Of a DNA stretch of 41,688 bases, positions 1-12,585 are shown one piece after another. Under the pieces are notes generated by a model. That model was not told the origin of the DNA and ran no database searches. It was given only the letters and a program-made list of their open reading frames with translations. The position numbers and the translations under genes are program-made. Origin of the DNA: Octopus bimaculoides (Eukaryota); the NCBI RefSeq assembly GCF_001194135.2, contig NC_068985.1:103587455-103629142 (forward strand), in the 5' to 3' direction. The first letter of the stretch is position 1; each line of letters opens with the position of its first letter.

Positions 1-32
<32 letters not shown>

Positions 33-1029
33 CGTGAAACGTATTTTTCACGCAAGCATAAATACTTTTTTACAGTCTGTGAGTATTTGGTAGTTTTATA
101 TCGATGATCTACTTTACCAATCTGTTACTGAAATCAATAAAAGTTTTGTCTTTGTACATTCATTAATGTTTTAACATTGAATTTATGGAAACGTGATTCT
201 ATTATATGTACATCTTTCATTTCGTTAATGAGTTAGATCGATATTATTAGTTAGATCGATATTATTATTTTCCTTACTACCATCTACTAGAGAATTTAAG
301 TTCAGTGAAGTAAAACGTTGGTTAATTATCTGTCATTAATTGCATGCAATATCGTTACTATTATACTGATAAGATTTTACATTACTGTAACATCTTTATT
401 GTTACTGCTTTATCTGGGTACACTGTACCAACAATTTCATTGCAGCAAAAGTTGGCTTTTAGATTGTTTTCGTTGAGGTCTTGTGATAGAGATGATGAAA
501 TGAAGACGTTTATTGAATTAATGCATAAGGTACCTTGAAGCAATACGTATGATTTATGTCTGTTTATTATACAGAAAGCACTGAGAAGCAAACACATGCA
601 TTTCAGTCTTTCAATTCAGTCTTATATCTAAAAGATTAACGATATTTATTATAAAACAAACAGTAACTTTTAAATTAAATTCTCTATTGTGCTGATTACG
701 TATTGTCTAAAGTTTAAAATGTCGATAGCCCTTTATATAGCGGAATTTGCAAATCTTTTCATTTTTACATGAAATATTTCTTTGTCGCAATCTTCCAAAC
801 AAAGCTACGAACAAAGAAGAGACTACAGTTCTATATTTAAGAGATGAGGAATTGTCTACATTATTTACATTTGATGGATATTTGTCTTCATCTTGTTTGT
901 TGTTAACACGTTTCGGCTGATATACCTTCCAGCCTTCTTCCGGTGTCTTTGGGATATTTTGAAACGGGGTTCTCATATTTTTCGATGTTATTTTTCGATG
1001 TCATTATTATTGTTGTTGTTGCTGTTTAG

Positions 1030-1101
1030 GTCACTCCTTGAAATCGAACTCGGAATCTTGGTGCTAATAGCCCGCGCTCTTAACCCGTACGCTATATGCC
1101 C
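1030..1101 (-). other. tRNA-like (A-box/B-box) segment inside the Penelope 3' region
   Basis: Minus strand gggcatatagcgtacgggttaagagcgcgggc...gagttcgatttc has A-box-like TAGCGTACGGGTTAAG and B-box-like GAGTTCGATT. Not a clean cloverleaf. Confidence 0.5.
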
Positions 1102-1656
1102 GTGGGCAATTATGGAGTGAAATGTTGGGCTTACAAATCTAATATTTTTCTATCCTTCCTTAACACCGGTTCCCATATGCTGCTCATATCTGCACTCGGT
1201 CTGCTTAGGAGGTTGTTGTGTCCTAGCATATGTGCTGCTTCTTTTAGTTTTCATATTTTTCAGAGGTGTTCTCTGTCTATTATTTTAACTTCATCCCACA
1301 GTGGGAGGTGGTCTCCATTTTTCCATACATGATCAGCTATACCCAATTTATCAATATCTCCCTGTGTCACAGCTTTGCGATGTTCCTCTACTCTTATTTT
1401 GAGAGGCAGCATGTTTCGCCTTCGTATAACCTACCACAGCTGCATGGGATGGAGTACACGCAGTCTTTGGTCATATTCTCTTCTATTGGTGTTTTTACTC
1501 GAAGTAGATATTTGCGAAGTGTTGTATTACTCTTGAATACTGTCCTGATGTCATATGGGCCGCATATCTTTTGTATCTTTTCGGAGAGGCTTTTCACACA
1601 GAGTAGACAGACTGTGGACAGTTTATTGGTTTCATCCTCTCTTTTCTTCTCCCCAA

Positions 1657-1702
1657 GACACCTGATGAAGGCTGGAGGGTGTATCAGCAGAAACGTTGCG
1701 TT
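1657..1702 (+). ncRNA. Minimal type I hammerhead ribozyme motif in the Penelope terminal repeat (probably degenerate)
   Basis: gacac-CTGATGA-a-ggctg-loop-cagca-GAAAC-GTT-gcgtt. The inverted copy at 904-947 has a perfect stem II (ggctg/cagcc) but a mutated core. Confidence 0.6.
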
Positions 1703-2329
1703 AACAAGAAACAAGATGAGGACAAATGTCCGTCGAATGTAAATAATGTAAAGAAGAGACTTTCCAGCATTTCAAATGTTAGGAATACCATTTTCATTAC
1801 TCATAGAGAACCTAGTAGCAAATTCATGAGTAATTTGGGGATGAAGTTTATAATCATATAAATTATCTAAATTATTAAATCACTTAATTATTAGTACTAC
1901 TATTTCGCAAGAGTAAAACTGTAACCTGTTTAGTATTAAACCTAAGGAAAGCTAAAATGCGCTTACTATTAAAGAATCTGGATGAAAAGGCAACAAAGCT
2001 TTCCTTCGTGAACATTTAAACGTCCTGAATACGAATTTATGAAGTTCATCGCAATTCTATTTTACGCAGAAGTAAATTTTCCCTATCATATTCTTTTCAT
2101 AAAAATGCAGTCTTATTAAATCTTTTGAGTGTTTTTTTTGTGGAACCCATTTCCCGTTTTTTTTTTCTTTTTCCATGTTTAAAATGTTTTTTGAAAGTAT
2201 ACTGACCAATTAAGAAGTATTAGGTAACAATAAGTTTAGATTTAGAAACGACAAAACATTAAGCAAAACATATACATGTTTATATAATTTGAAGTTGAAA
2301 TTTCGTTTTCTTTTTATGACTTTTTTGTT

Positions 2330-2492
2330 ATTGGATGATTGTATTGTTACGTAGGACATCGAAGACCGGAGATAATGACGTGGGGAAACTTTCCTCTTCA
2401 ATAGTTGTCAGTCGACAGCAGCAAAACGTGTGCATGGAGGGAATTCCAAGGAGTCGAAGTTCTCAGGAGAAAGAACCAGTTTAGTGTAATGC
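2330..2492 (-). CDS. Candidate terminal cytoplasmic exon of gene A (frame unresolved)
   Basis: Long pyrimidine tract ending ttttgctcttccag. Phase-1 reading gives SITLNWFFSPENFDSLEFPPCTRFAAVD*; an alternative frame gives ELRLLGIPSMHTFCCCRLTTIEEESFPTSLSPVFDVLRNNTIIQ*. Cannot choose without RNA. Confidence 0.3.
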
Positions 2493-2934
2493 CTGGAAGA
2501 GCAAAATGAGAAATATTATGAGTGATAAGAGAAGTAAAAAACCAAAAGAGACTACAGGCCATGACGTAACAGAGTGCAGGTTACTATAGTTTCCTCTGCG
2601 GATAGTATAATGTTTTACAATGACTGAGCATTGTTCCTCAACAGCTAACAGCAATAGAAATGGAATCGAGCACCACTGAAACATTTTTTCTAGAATATAC
2701 GAAATGATTTCAAATAACTTTAAACGTAAATTCGTCTATTATTTCCTCTTCCTTATTAACAATATATAGTCTATTATTGCATAAACGAATCTCATGAGTT
2801 GTCTGTTAACGAAATAAATTCATGTTATTTCTATGCTTACCTAAAGGCGGGATCCCTTCACATATTTTTACTGGTATCTGACTTATCTGAGTCCTCTGTA
2901 ACGCCTGAAACCATTGAAGCAAATTATATAATGT

Positions 2935-3318
2935 ATATATAAGTGTGTATGTGTATGTAATATGTATGTATGTATGCATGCATGTAGTAATGTATGCATG
3001 TATGCATGGATGTATGGATGGATGGATGTATGGATGTATGGATGTTTGTATGGATGTATGTATATATATATATACATGCATGCATGCATGCATGCATACA
3101 TGTATGTTTGTATATGTATATGTTGATATGTAAGTATATGTGTGTGGTTTTTATTGACCAATACATACATATGTACAGACATACATGGTTGCTTGCATAC
3201 ATGTGTATATAGACACAGAAACGCACATGGAATCATACACAAACACACAGAGATACATACATGTATACATACATAGTTGGATGTGTCTCTAAAGCACATA
3301 TATATATATTTATGTATG

Positions 3319-3375
<57 letters not shown>
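2935..3375. repeat. Compound (ATGT/ATGG/TA)n microsatellite
   Basis: Seen directly; source of spurious MYVC- and HTYI-rich ORFs. Confidence 0.9.
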
Positions 3376-3376
<1 letters not shown>

Positions 3377-3441
3377 TATTACGTATGTACGAATGAGTGT
3401 ATACGGATATAGGGAAATAAGTTGCATAACTGCTGCCTTAC

Positions 3442-3594
3442 TCTCAAAATCTGGATCATTGGTCGTACTTAACAGCGCCTGCTGAATACAGAACTCCCGT
3501 CCGGGTTTAGTCATGAAACACACGAAATTAGCGATGAAGATAAGCAACAGGATAATAGCCAGAATAATTATAACTATATTCTCCACTTTAAAGC
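3442..3594 (-). CDS. Gene A transmembrane exon
   Basis: 153 nt, phase 1-1, acceptor cccttgttttttag, donor A|[41 protein letters not shown]... is an uncharged hydrophobic run of about 22 aa followed by basic residues. Confidence 0.78.
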
Positions 3595-4193
3595 CTAAAA
3601 AACAAGGGTATTATATGTTAAATTCGAAGGAAATGCTAATTCATTTTTTTATTAATTTTTCTTCTACATCATTTAATTATTATTGCACAATAATCAGCAT
3701 TATGCCGATAAATGAAGGATAATTCTCAGCTCATTTCATATATTATTATTAGAATCTTCATTATCATTACTGGCATCATTATACTCGACTATAAGCCCAA
3801 CAGTATTACCAATACTTCTGTCATTGTCAACAGCTTCTTTTCTCGACTCTGCTCACCATCTTCTCGAAAAACCTGATATAGCATACCTCTGACAAAGAGA
3901 TGTAATCCATTTCTACTGACCAAAATAGACAGAGCTAGGGAATCTTTTTGGTAAGTGTAGGATTGGTGTTTACGTGAGAACCCTCCTCCCCTGCATTCAT
4001 CTTTCTAAAATTGGCTTGAAATTTTGACGCAGGAGCAACAATTTCGAGGGAGGGGTAAGTCGATTACATCGACCCCAGTATTCAACTGGAAGAATGAAAT
4101 GCAAAGTCGATCACGGTGGTGTTTAAACTCAGAACGTAAAGATAGATGAAGTAAATACTAACGGAATGCTAACGATTCTACCTACGCGCGCCT

Positions 4194-4232
<39 letters not shown>

Positions 4233-4249
4233 CACACGCACACACACAC

Positions 4250-4329
<80 letters not shown>

Positions 4330-5096
4330 GTCATATTTAGTGACAGTTATAGTTTTCTTTTTTGGTAAAACATTGCAAATTGGTGTCTATTTTAATTCTT
4401 TGTATACAAATTACCGATGCGCCAAATCATCCATATATTTCTATGATGAAAACATATATACAGACATAGAATTAAGTCCGAAATCTCCTGAAGTAGAATC
4501 AGTCCATACTGATGAGGCAACGGAAATTGTCGAAACTGAATACAGTGTAAGGAGTTCTCAAACGGTGTTTTCGGACGACTATAATCCCAGTCTGTATATA
4601 TATATATACAATTATAATGTGCTTTGACTACAGCATTAGAGCATTTTAGCTCTAACTTCTGGCAATGTAGGTGTTTCTAGCACCCTAGTCACATTTAGTG
4701 ACAGTTATAGCTTTCCTTTTTGGTAAAACATTGCAAACTACTATCTATTTTACTTCTATATATATATATACACTGACAAAAATAGGTTTAAGACCGATGA
4801 GGAGAGTTCTATTCTTTCATTAATATATTTTTAACAAAACTATAAAATTATTTTACTTTTTTGTGTTTATGTAGAATGTTTTTCCTCTTTCGAATGATAT
4901 AGGCGTTATATATCTTTTCTACAATTCGAATAATTTTAACGCGCAATTAGTTCAAATGATTAGAAATTATCAGCAAAATACGTTTAAGACCGTACCAAGA
5001 TTAAAAAAGTAAAATAATTTTATGTAGTTTTGTTTAAAATAAATTAATGAAGGAATAGAACTGTCATCATCAGTCTTAAACTTATTTTGGCCAGTG

Positions 5097-5147
<51 letters not shown>

Positions 5148-6568
5148 ATATATGACCCAACAGATACAGTGAAATTGAAACTCACTTAATTCAGTAAGTT
5201 TAAATACCAAATAGATGTAAACCACCAAACTGGAATTTATATTCTTCGTCTAGATTTCTCATTCCATAGTAAATTAAAAATAATAATGGAAAATGAGTTA
5301 TGAAATACAGATATTGATAAAACAAATTCAATGGAATCAAAATAATTTCTCTCATTCTTTAAAAGATCGAAAACAAGTGTGATCATTTGGGAGATAATTA
5401 TATACACAAGAAATAAAATAACCAGTTATCTTTAAAATATTGATAAAATAATTACAAAGGCAAGGGTAAAGTAAGCAACGTTTCTTTTGATTATACGACA
5501 TAATCAGAGGAATAAGGATAGAGTCCATGACCTTCTGTTTAGAATTTCCGAGGCAGTTGGAAGGATACTATTCTTAGGTCGATGACGTGTTACTTATTAC
5601 AGTGAACGCCGTCTAGGCTTTCGTGGACCAGATGGAGTTGACAAACTGGGCGATAGAATAAGCTTATTACCACAAAAGTGAAACAGATTTACTGACGGGC
5701 TTATAAAGTGTCCATCCAGCAAATTTCAATAAGGCTTTAGTTACCTAAGTCTATAGTACAAGACACTTGTCTAATGTAACATGTAGTAGAACAGAACGCG
5801 AAACCACATAGACGCGAAGCAAACGCCTTAAACACACATCCAGCCAGATTTTCGTCCAATATAATTCAGGAGCAACAAAGTATAAACGGTAAGCAGGAAA
5901 CAAATTTACTGACGAAAGATATTATAAGTTATAGAAGCTGAAAAATTTTTTAGGGAAACAGTGCAGCTTAAATTTAATCAGACTTACCTTCTTTGTGTAT
6001 TAATTTATATACTCTTCTTTTCTTACTGTAACTTTCACACTGGACATCCAGTTCCGTTGTATTAGAGGGAAGAAACAATTTCAGAATTGAACCACCAGGA
6101 GCACATGTTATATCCATTGTTTCGTATTGTGAGTGAACGGGTTGGAATCCTCCAGAGCAGTTACCTATAATGGAATCATTTCCTTTCCACATTGACAGTG
6201 CGTCTCCCTCTTCTAAAGGGCATAAAAGTGTTGCGACGCGATCACCTGTAACTGTTATAGTGCCAGCATCATAAACAGTCAAATTTCTACTGTCTATAAA
6301 TAGAAAGGTAATATCAAAGAAGGACAAGCGACGGAAAGTAGCAGCTTAGGAATATATGAATACATAATTATCTGTTACATAGTTTAAAATGCTAATGGAA
6401 TTAACAAGAGTGGTGTCACTCGAATAGATACCGACTTTACTTATCGGCTAGATAGTCATAATGGGAGATATATCACGATTCCTATATATAAGACCACCTA
6501 AATATACACACATTTATACGTAGTCATACATATTTGCATATCATATGTTTATACATATATATATATAT

Positions 6569-6643
<75 letters not shown>

Positions 6644-6892
6644 TAGATATATAGATATACATATATATACAGATATAGGGTNNNNNNNNNNNNNNNNNNN
6701 NNNNNNNNNNNNNNNNNNNNNNNNNNNNNNNNNNNNNNNNNNNNNNNNNNNNNNNNNNNNNNNNNNNNNNNNNNNNNNNNNNNNNNNNNNNNNNNNNNNN
6801 NNNNNNNNNNNNNNNNNNNNNNNNNNNNNNNNNNNNNNNNNNNNNNNNNNNNNNNNNNNNNNNNNNNNNNNNNNNNNNNNNNNNNNNNNNNN

Positions 6893-6936
<44 letters not shown>

Positions 6937-8195
6937 ATGTATATATATATTTATATATAATACATATATATATAATATATATATAAAATATATATAATAT
7001 ATATATACATACATGTGTATATATGTATGTATATATGTATGTGCGTGCATGTGTGTGCGTGTGTGCATGCGCGCGCGCGTGTGTCTATAACTATATCTTC
7101 ATTAGGTTTAAGCCGAGGTTGCGTGGCAAGTAACCAAATAATCCGTATTAATAACTCTACGTCTAATTTTTCCATGTTATCGTATCCGTATCACTTAAGA
7201 ATCGAGTTTGGAGTTTCCCAGAGTACAAAGAAGGGGGAGAGGTGGAGAATAAAGCAAAGCATAAAGATATTGTTTATTAGTTGTCCAGTTATACTATGAA
7301 GTAAGCTTCATTAAAAACAGAGTGATTGATAAGTTAACACTCGTTATAACTTTGAAAAAATATCTGTTAAAACCGAACTGCACTCTTCACAACTTGCACT
7401 AAGAATAAGGATAAGGTAAAATTACTACCAACTTTTATAGCAAGTTGATGCAGGTAGTTTATCCCGTCCGCCTCCATCTTTTAGTTTATGTAATTGAAAT
7501 AACCGCATTATTTATGGGATGACCCCATATATATGTATGTGTTTGTATTTAGCTCTATTTTATAAATGGATAGATAAACAAATCGATAAATAGATAGGTA
7601 GATACATAGACAGATAAACAAATATTGTAAAATTCATACTAAGTTTTAAAGAAGCCGTCTGACAAATCTTCCAAGAGTTTTACAATGAATTTGACCCTCA
7701 CTATTAAACCCCACCACACACAAAGTATATTTCACTGTTATTTTAAAACTTCCTTTAGAATAACAATTTCAATTTAACAATGACCACGCCGAGTTATATT
7801 TGTCCCCACATTAATCTAGGTCATAAATGTTTTCTACACGTTTTTCTGTACGTCCACGGGTGTGCCCTTATTTCAAGAGAGACGGGCTATCGTTTCTTTA
7901 TTATTAAATCAATTTCGAAAAATTCTTAACTCTTGAGATTATCTTCTCACCACCTTTGACGTTGTCACAAGGACTAATTTCAGTAAAAACTACGATCTGC
8001 TTTAGTCTTTGAACTGCGGTCATGCTGGGGCACCACCTTCAAGGGTTTAGTTGAACAAATCGACCCCAGGACTTATTCTTTGTAAACCTAGTACTTATTC
8101 TATCGGTTCTTTTGCCCAACCGCTTAGTTAAGGAGACGTAACAACTTCAACATCGGTTGTCAAAGTGATGGTGGGAAGACAATCACAGACACAAA

Positions 8196-8278
<83 letters not shown>

Positions 8279-9928
8279 GTGTGTGTGTGTGTTTGAGTCT
8301 GTGTTTGTTTGCCTCACCGCCGCTTGACAACTGTGCTGATGTGATTACCTTCCTGTAACCTAGCGGTTCGCTAAAAAATTTAGGTAACAGGCTTTAAAAA
8401 TATAAGCTCTTGGGTCGATACATTCGACTAAAAATTCATTCTTCAGGACGGTGGCCCAGTATGGCTGCAGTTTAATTCCTCAAACAAGTATAAAAGAGAA
8501 AAAGTTGTTATCTCATACAGATACATATGACAGGGAAAGAAGGAGAAAAGAGAATGAGCTAGAAATGAGAAAAGAGAGTTTTGTGATACCTTCATGAAAC
8601 ACACATACCGATTGTTGTAACTTTGAATTCGCTTCCATGGTTATTAGTTGTGCATACAATAGTAAAGTTACCATCCTTCAGATTTACGGGCCCAAACTCG
8701 ATAGTAGATTTCTTCGAGATTAGATTGCAGGCGAAGCGTGTAGGGCTGTAAAATCTTGAAATAGTTCCAGGCATTCTCTCGCAATTAATAAACGTTGCTA
8801 AAAGCATTCCACTTTTTCGGAGATACCATCTAACTTCAGGACTGTCACCAATATCGCAAACCAGTGTGAAATTTCTCTCCGTGAAAGCTTGTGATGATCC
8901 ACTCAGCGATTCAAGATTAGTCTCACCTCCATCTGATAATATAAGATGTTCGTGTGTATGTAAATACATATATATGCGCGCGCACACACACACATACTCA
9001 CACACACATATACATACATACATGCATACATGCATACATACATACATACATACATACATAAATGCATACATACAAATATGCAGGTATATATATACATACA
9101 TACATTCACACACACATATATATANNNNNNNNNNNNNNNNNNNNNNNNNNNNNNNNNNNNNNNNNNNNNNNNNNNNNNNNNNNNNNNNNNNNNNNNNNNN
9201 NNNNNNNNNNNNNNNNNNNNNNNNNNNNNNNNNNNNNNNNNNNNNNNNNNNNNNNNNNNNNNNNNNNNNNNNNNNNNNNNNNNNNNNNNNNNNNNNNNNN
9301 NNNNNNNNNNNNNNNNNNNNNNNNNNNNNNNNNNNNNNNNNNNNNNNNNNNNNNNNNNNNNNNNNNNNNNNNNNNNNNNNNNNNNNNNNNNNNNNNNNNN
9401 NNNNNNNNNNNNNNNNNNNNNNNNNNNNNNNNNNNNNNNNNNNNNNNNNNNNNNNNNNNNNNNNNNNNNNNNNNNNNNNNNNNNNNNNNNNNNNNNNNNN
9501 NNNNNNNNNNNNNNNNNNNNNNNNNNNNNNNNNNNNNNNNNNNNNNNNNNNNNNNNNNNNNNNNNNNNNNNNNNNNNNNNNNNNNNNNNNNNNNNNNNNN
9601 NNNNNNNNNNNNNNNNNNNNNNNNNNNNNNNNNNNNNNNNNNNNNNNNNNNNNNNNNNNNNNNNNNNNNNNNNNNNNNNNNNNNNNNNNNNNNNNNNNNN
9701 NNNNNNNNNNNNNNNNNNNNNNNNNNNNNNNNNNNNNNNNNNNNNNNNNNNNNNNNNNNNNNNNNNNNNNNNNNNNNNNNNNNNNNNNNNNNNNNNNNNN
9801 NNNNNNNNNNNNNNNNNNNNNNNNNNNNNNNNNNNNNAGTTCCATTGATGGCTTGAATCTGTAGTATGTATGTATGTATGTATGTATGTATGTATGTATG
9901 GGTTGAAACGCATAAAAAGTAGAATGTA

Positions 9929-9970
<42 letters not shown>

Positions 9971-12523
9971 ACACGTGCATACATTTATTATATGTGTATG
10001 CGTATATGAGTGTACCTACGCGTGTGTGTACGTATATGCACGTGTGTATCTATCTATCAGTGTATGTATGTGTGTTTTGTTTCTCTATTTCAATACCTCG
10101 AGCTTTTGGAAATTTACGTTTTCATTACAGTTCGGGACATAGCAGAGTATGTCATATGTTGCTTCGCCGAATCTACCTCACGAAACACAGCTCACACACT
10201 TCACTTATAAACTACTTGGGGCACTCGACACACCACCTTCACCACACTACAAGCAAGTGAAAATAAATGAATCTCTAAATAAGCATACTTACTATGCATT
10301 GGTTCTACTACAAATGGTGTCGGACTACATGAATTAGTGAAACAAATAAAAGTCAGTCTCTTGTTTGCAAGGAGCGTCAATTTCAGAGTTGAAGTGGCTG
10401 TACTACAAGAAATACTATTGATCTTGAATGAATCGTCCTCAAGTGGTCTGGTGAAAGAACAATTACCCAATGAGAGCCCACTAACAACCCACTCACGTAG
10501 TTTTTCACCATCGTAAAATTCATATACGATTTCTACTTGTTCATTAATTTTGGCAAAATATGTCCTGCTCTTAGAAGCTATCGAATACGATTTCTCTGAA
10601 AAAGAAAAAAAAAAGACATAATAAACCTTATAACACAGTTAAATAAATATCAGATCAATAAAAGTCAGTAAAATCGATCACTTACACAAATACAACAAAA
10701 GTAATACTTTCGACCTTTCCTGGAGAACTGTGTTAACATAATGGCAGTGAACAGAACTCAAATGAAAATTCGAAACTATATCGCAGGTGAGGTCATCACG
10801 AGATTTACCCGATTAGAGATAATATTACACTCTTTTTATTTTCACTTTGCATTCTCTAGGTCTAAATTTTTCGGGAAGGACGTAGACGAATATACAGGGT
10901 GTCTCATAATGATAAAACATTCCACTTGCAATATTAGTTATTTATTTGTCATAAACGTGTTTGTTCCAGTTCTTGTTACGTTCGCTTAAAATAATGTCCC
11001 ATCACAATTTCACACCCTGTTTTTGATAGTATGGAATCAATTACTATGTTGCAGGAATGTATTGATGAAACTAATGTTAAATACAAAACTTGTTCCGGAA
11101 TTTCAACTCTATAATAACAGACGACATTCGTTTGATAAATTAAATTGCTGGGGGAAAGAGAATTCAGTATAAAACTCAGAAAGCTAGTATAGACAACCCC
11201 TCTACATGAGATGTCCACTGATCAATGGAGCTTATAAACTATCTGGCTGAGAGATGATATTAATCGTAATTGTTGATTATTACATGACATCGATCACGAC
11301 AAAGATGTTTAAAATGGTGGAAGAATGAAATGTAGACTTTTTTTAAAACGTAGTATTGGAAACAGTGCATAGCTGTGTTATTATTGACCTCTGAATAAAT
11401 ACTCCTATATATGAATTTTAAGTAATATCGTCAATGGATAGTGTGTAAATATAGTCATTAAATTCACAGCATTAATGTTAAGTCTACAGTTAGAAGCTAC
11501 TGAATAGCTATGAACAGTAATTATATCAGGCGCTATCATTAAAACAGAGTATATGGATTCTTAGAAGCAATAGAAAATGTTGTACCATTTATGTGGGAGA
11601 AAGTCTGGACCAGAAGTATACATTTAAAAAAAATATGTAGGTAAGAACAGCAACAATTTGAAAAAGTCCAGATATACACAATGAAAACTATATAATTTCG
11701 ATAACAGAACTCTTAATAATATTGATTTCAAGTTTTGGCACAAGACCAATATCTGGTACTTATTTTATCAAACCCGAAAGGATGAAAGACAAAGTCAACA
11801 TCAGCAGAATTTGGACTTAGAGTGTAAAGACAGTCGAAATGCCTGGTGTGCTAACGATTCTATTAGGTTGTAACCTTAGAACACCTTAATAATATTGAGT
11901 TATAACAAATAATGCAAACTGAAAGACATGGAAGGTCTCTCAAAGTGTGCAACCGACAGTGGACAGTCTATTTGTGCAAGTTCTATATAACAGTGAATAT
12001 AATGATGTAGCCAATTCTAAAGACGGTAAGCTATGTCACTTCATCAGTATTGTTGGCATTTCCTCACAAATAACCACTTGTAAAATTTAGAGAAAATATT
12101 GTTACTTTTACAAAAGAGAATATTTTCAGGATCAGATGAACTCAATTGATTCGAATGTGTATTTAACAGGTATTTATTTTATGAGAGATAAAGTCGACCT
12201 ACGCAAAATCGAAATTACTTTTCAGAGCTCCACCGAATCAAGTATTACCTGATAATTAATAACAATAATAACAATCTTCTCTAATATAGGCACAAGACCT
12301 GAAATTTGGTGGTGGGGGAGGACTAATCGATTACATCGACCCAGTACTCAGCTGGTACTTATTTTATCGACCCCTAAAGGATGAAAGGCGAAGTCAACCT
12401 CGGCGATATTTGAACTCAGAACATAAAGGCCGACGAAATATCGCTAAGCATTTTGCTAGCTCACCGCCTTAATAATAAGATAGACAATACTACAACAACA
12501 ACTACTACTACTACTACTACTAC

Positions 12524-12585
<62 letters not shown>

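Larger units (their letters stand above)
843..1760 (-). mobile_element. Penelope-like retroelement fragment (GIY-YIG endonuclease end) with inverted terminal repeats
   Basis: Minus-strand reading ...KDCVYSIPCSCGRLYEGET / IRVEEHRKAV...IADHVW...KLKEAAH, with frameshift and stops, matches the PLE GIY-YIG C-terminus. 843-953 is the reverse complement of 1651-1760. Confidence 0.85.

Noticed and set aside
4415-4591. Open 177-nt phase 1-1 window on the minus strand as a stalk exon of gene A
   Set aside because: Acceptor is just a TA microsatellite, the translation is not stalk-like, and gene B has no equivalent exon.
10686-10739. ATG...TTGT|GTAAGT unit 90 nt upstream of gene A D1, similar in size to gene B's leader
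   Set aside because: The ATG frame ([18 protein letters not shown]) ends in phase 0 and is poorly hydrophobic; the hydrophobic frame has no ATG and would create T+AG (stop). It works only with a weak AAG acceptor and a 59-nt intron. The 21.3-kb exon fits better, though this one is not fully excluded.
10893-11020. Possible mini-MITE bounded by acagggtgt inverted repeats
   Set aside because: Only 9 bp of inverted match; not enough support.
12040-12078. Possible gene A mini-exon ([12 protein letters not shown]) resembling gene B's mini-exon
   Set aside because: AAG acceptor; the downstream donor is phase 2 and the 9-nt version creates a stop with D1.
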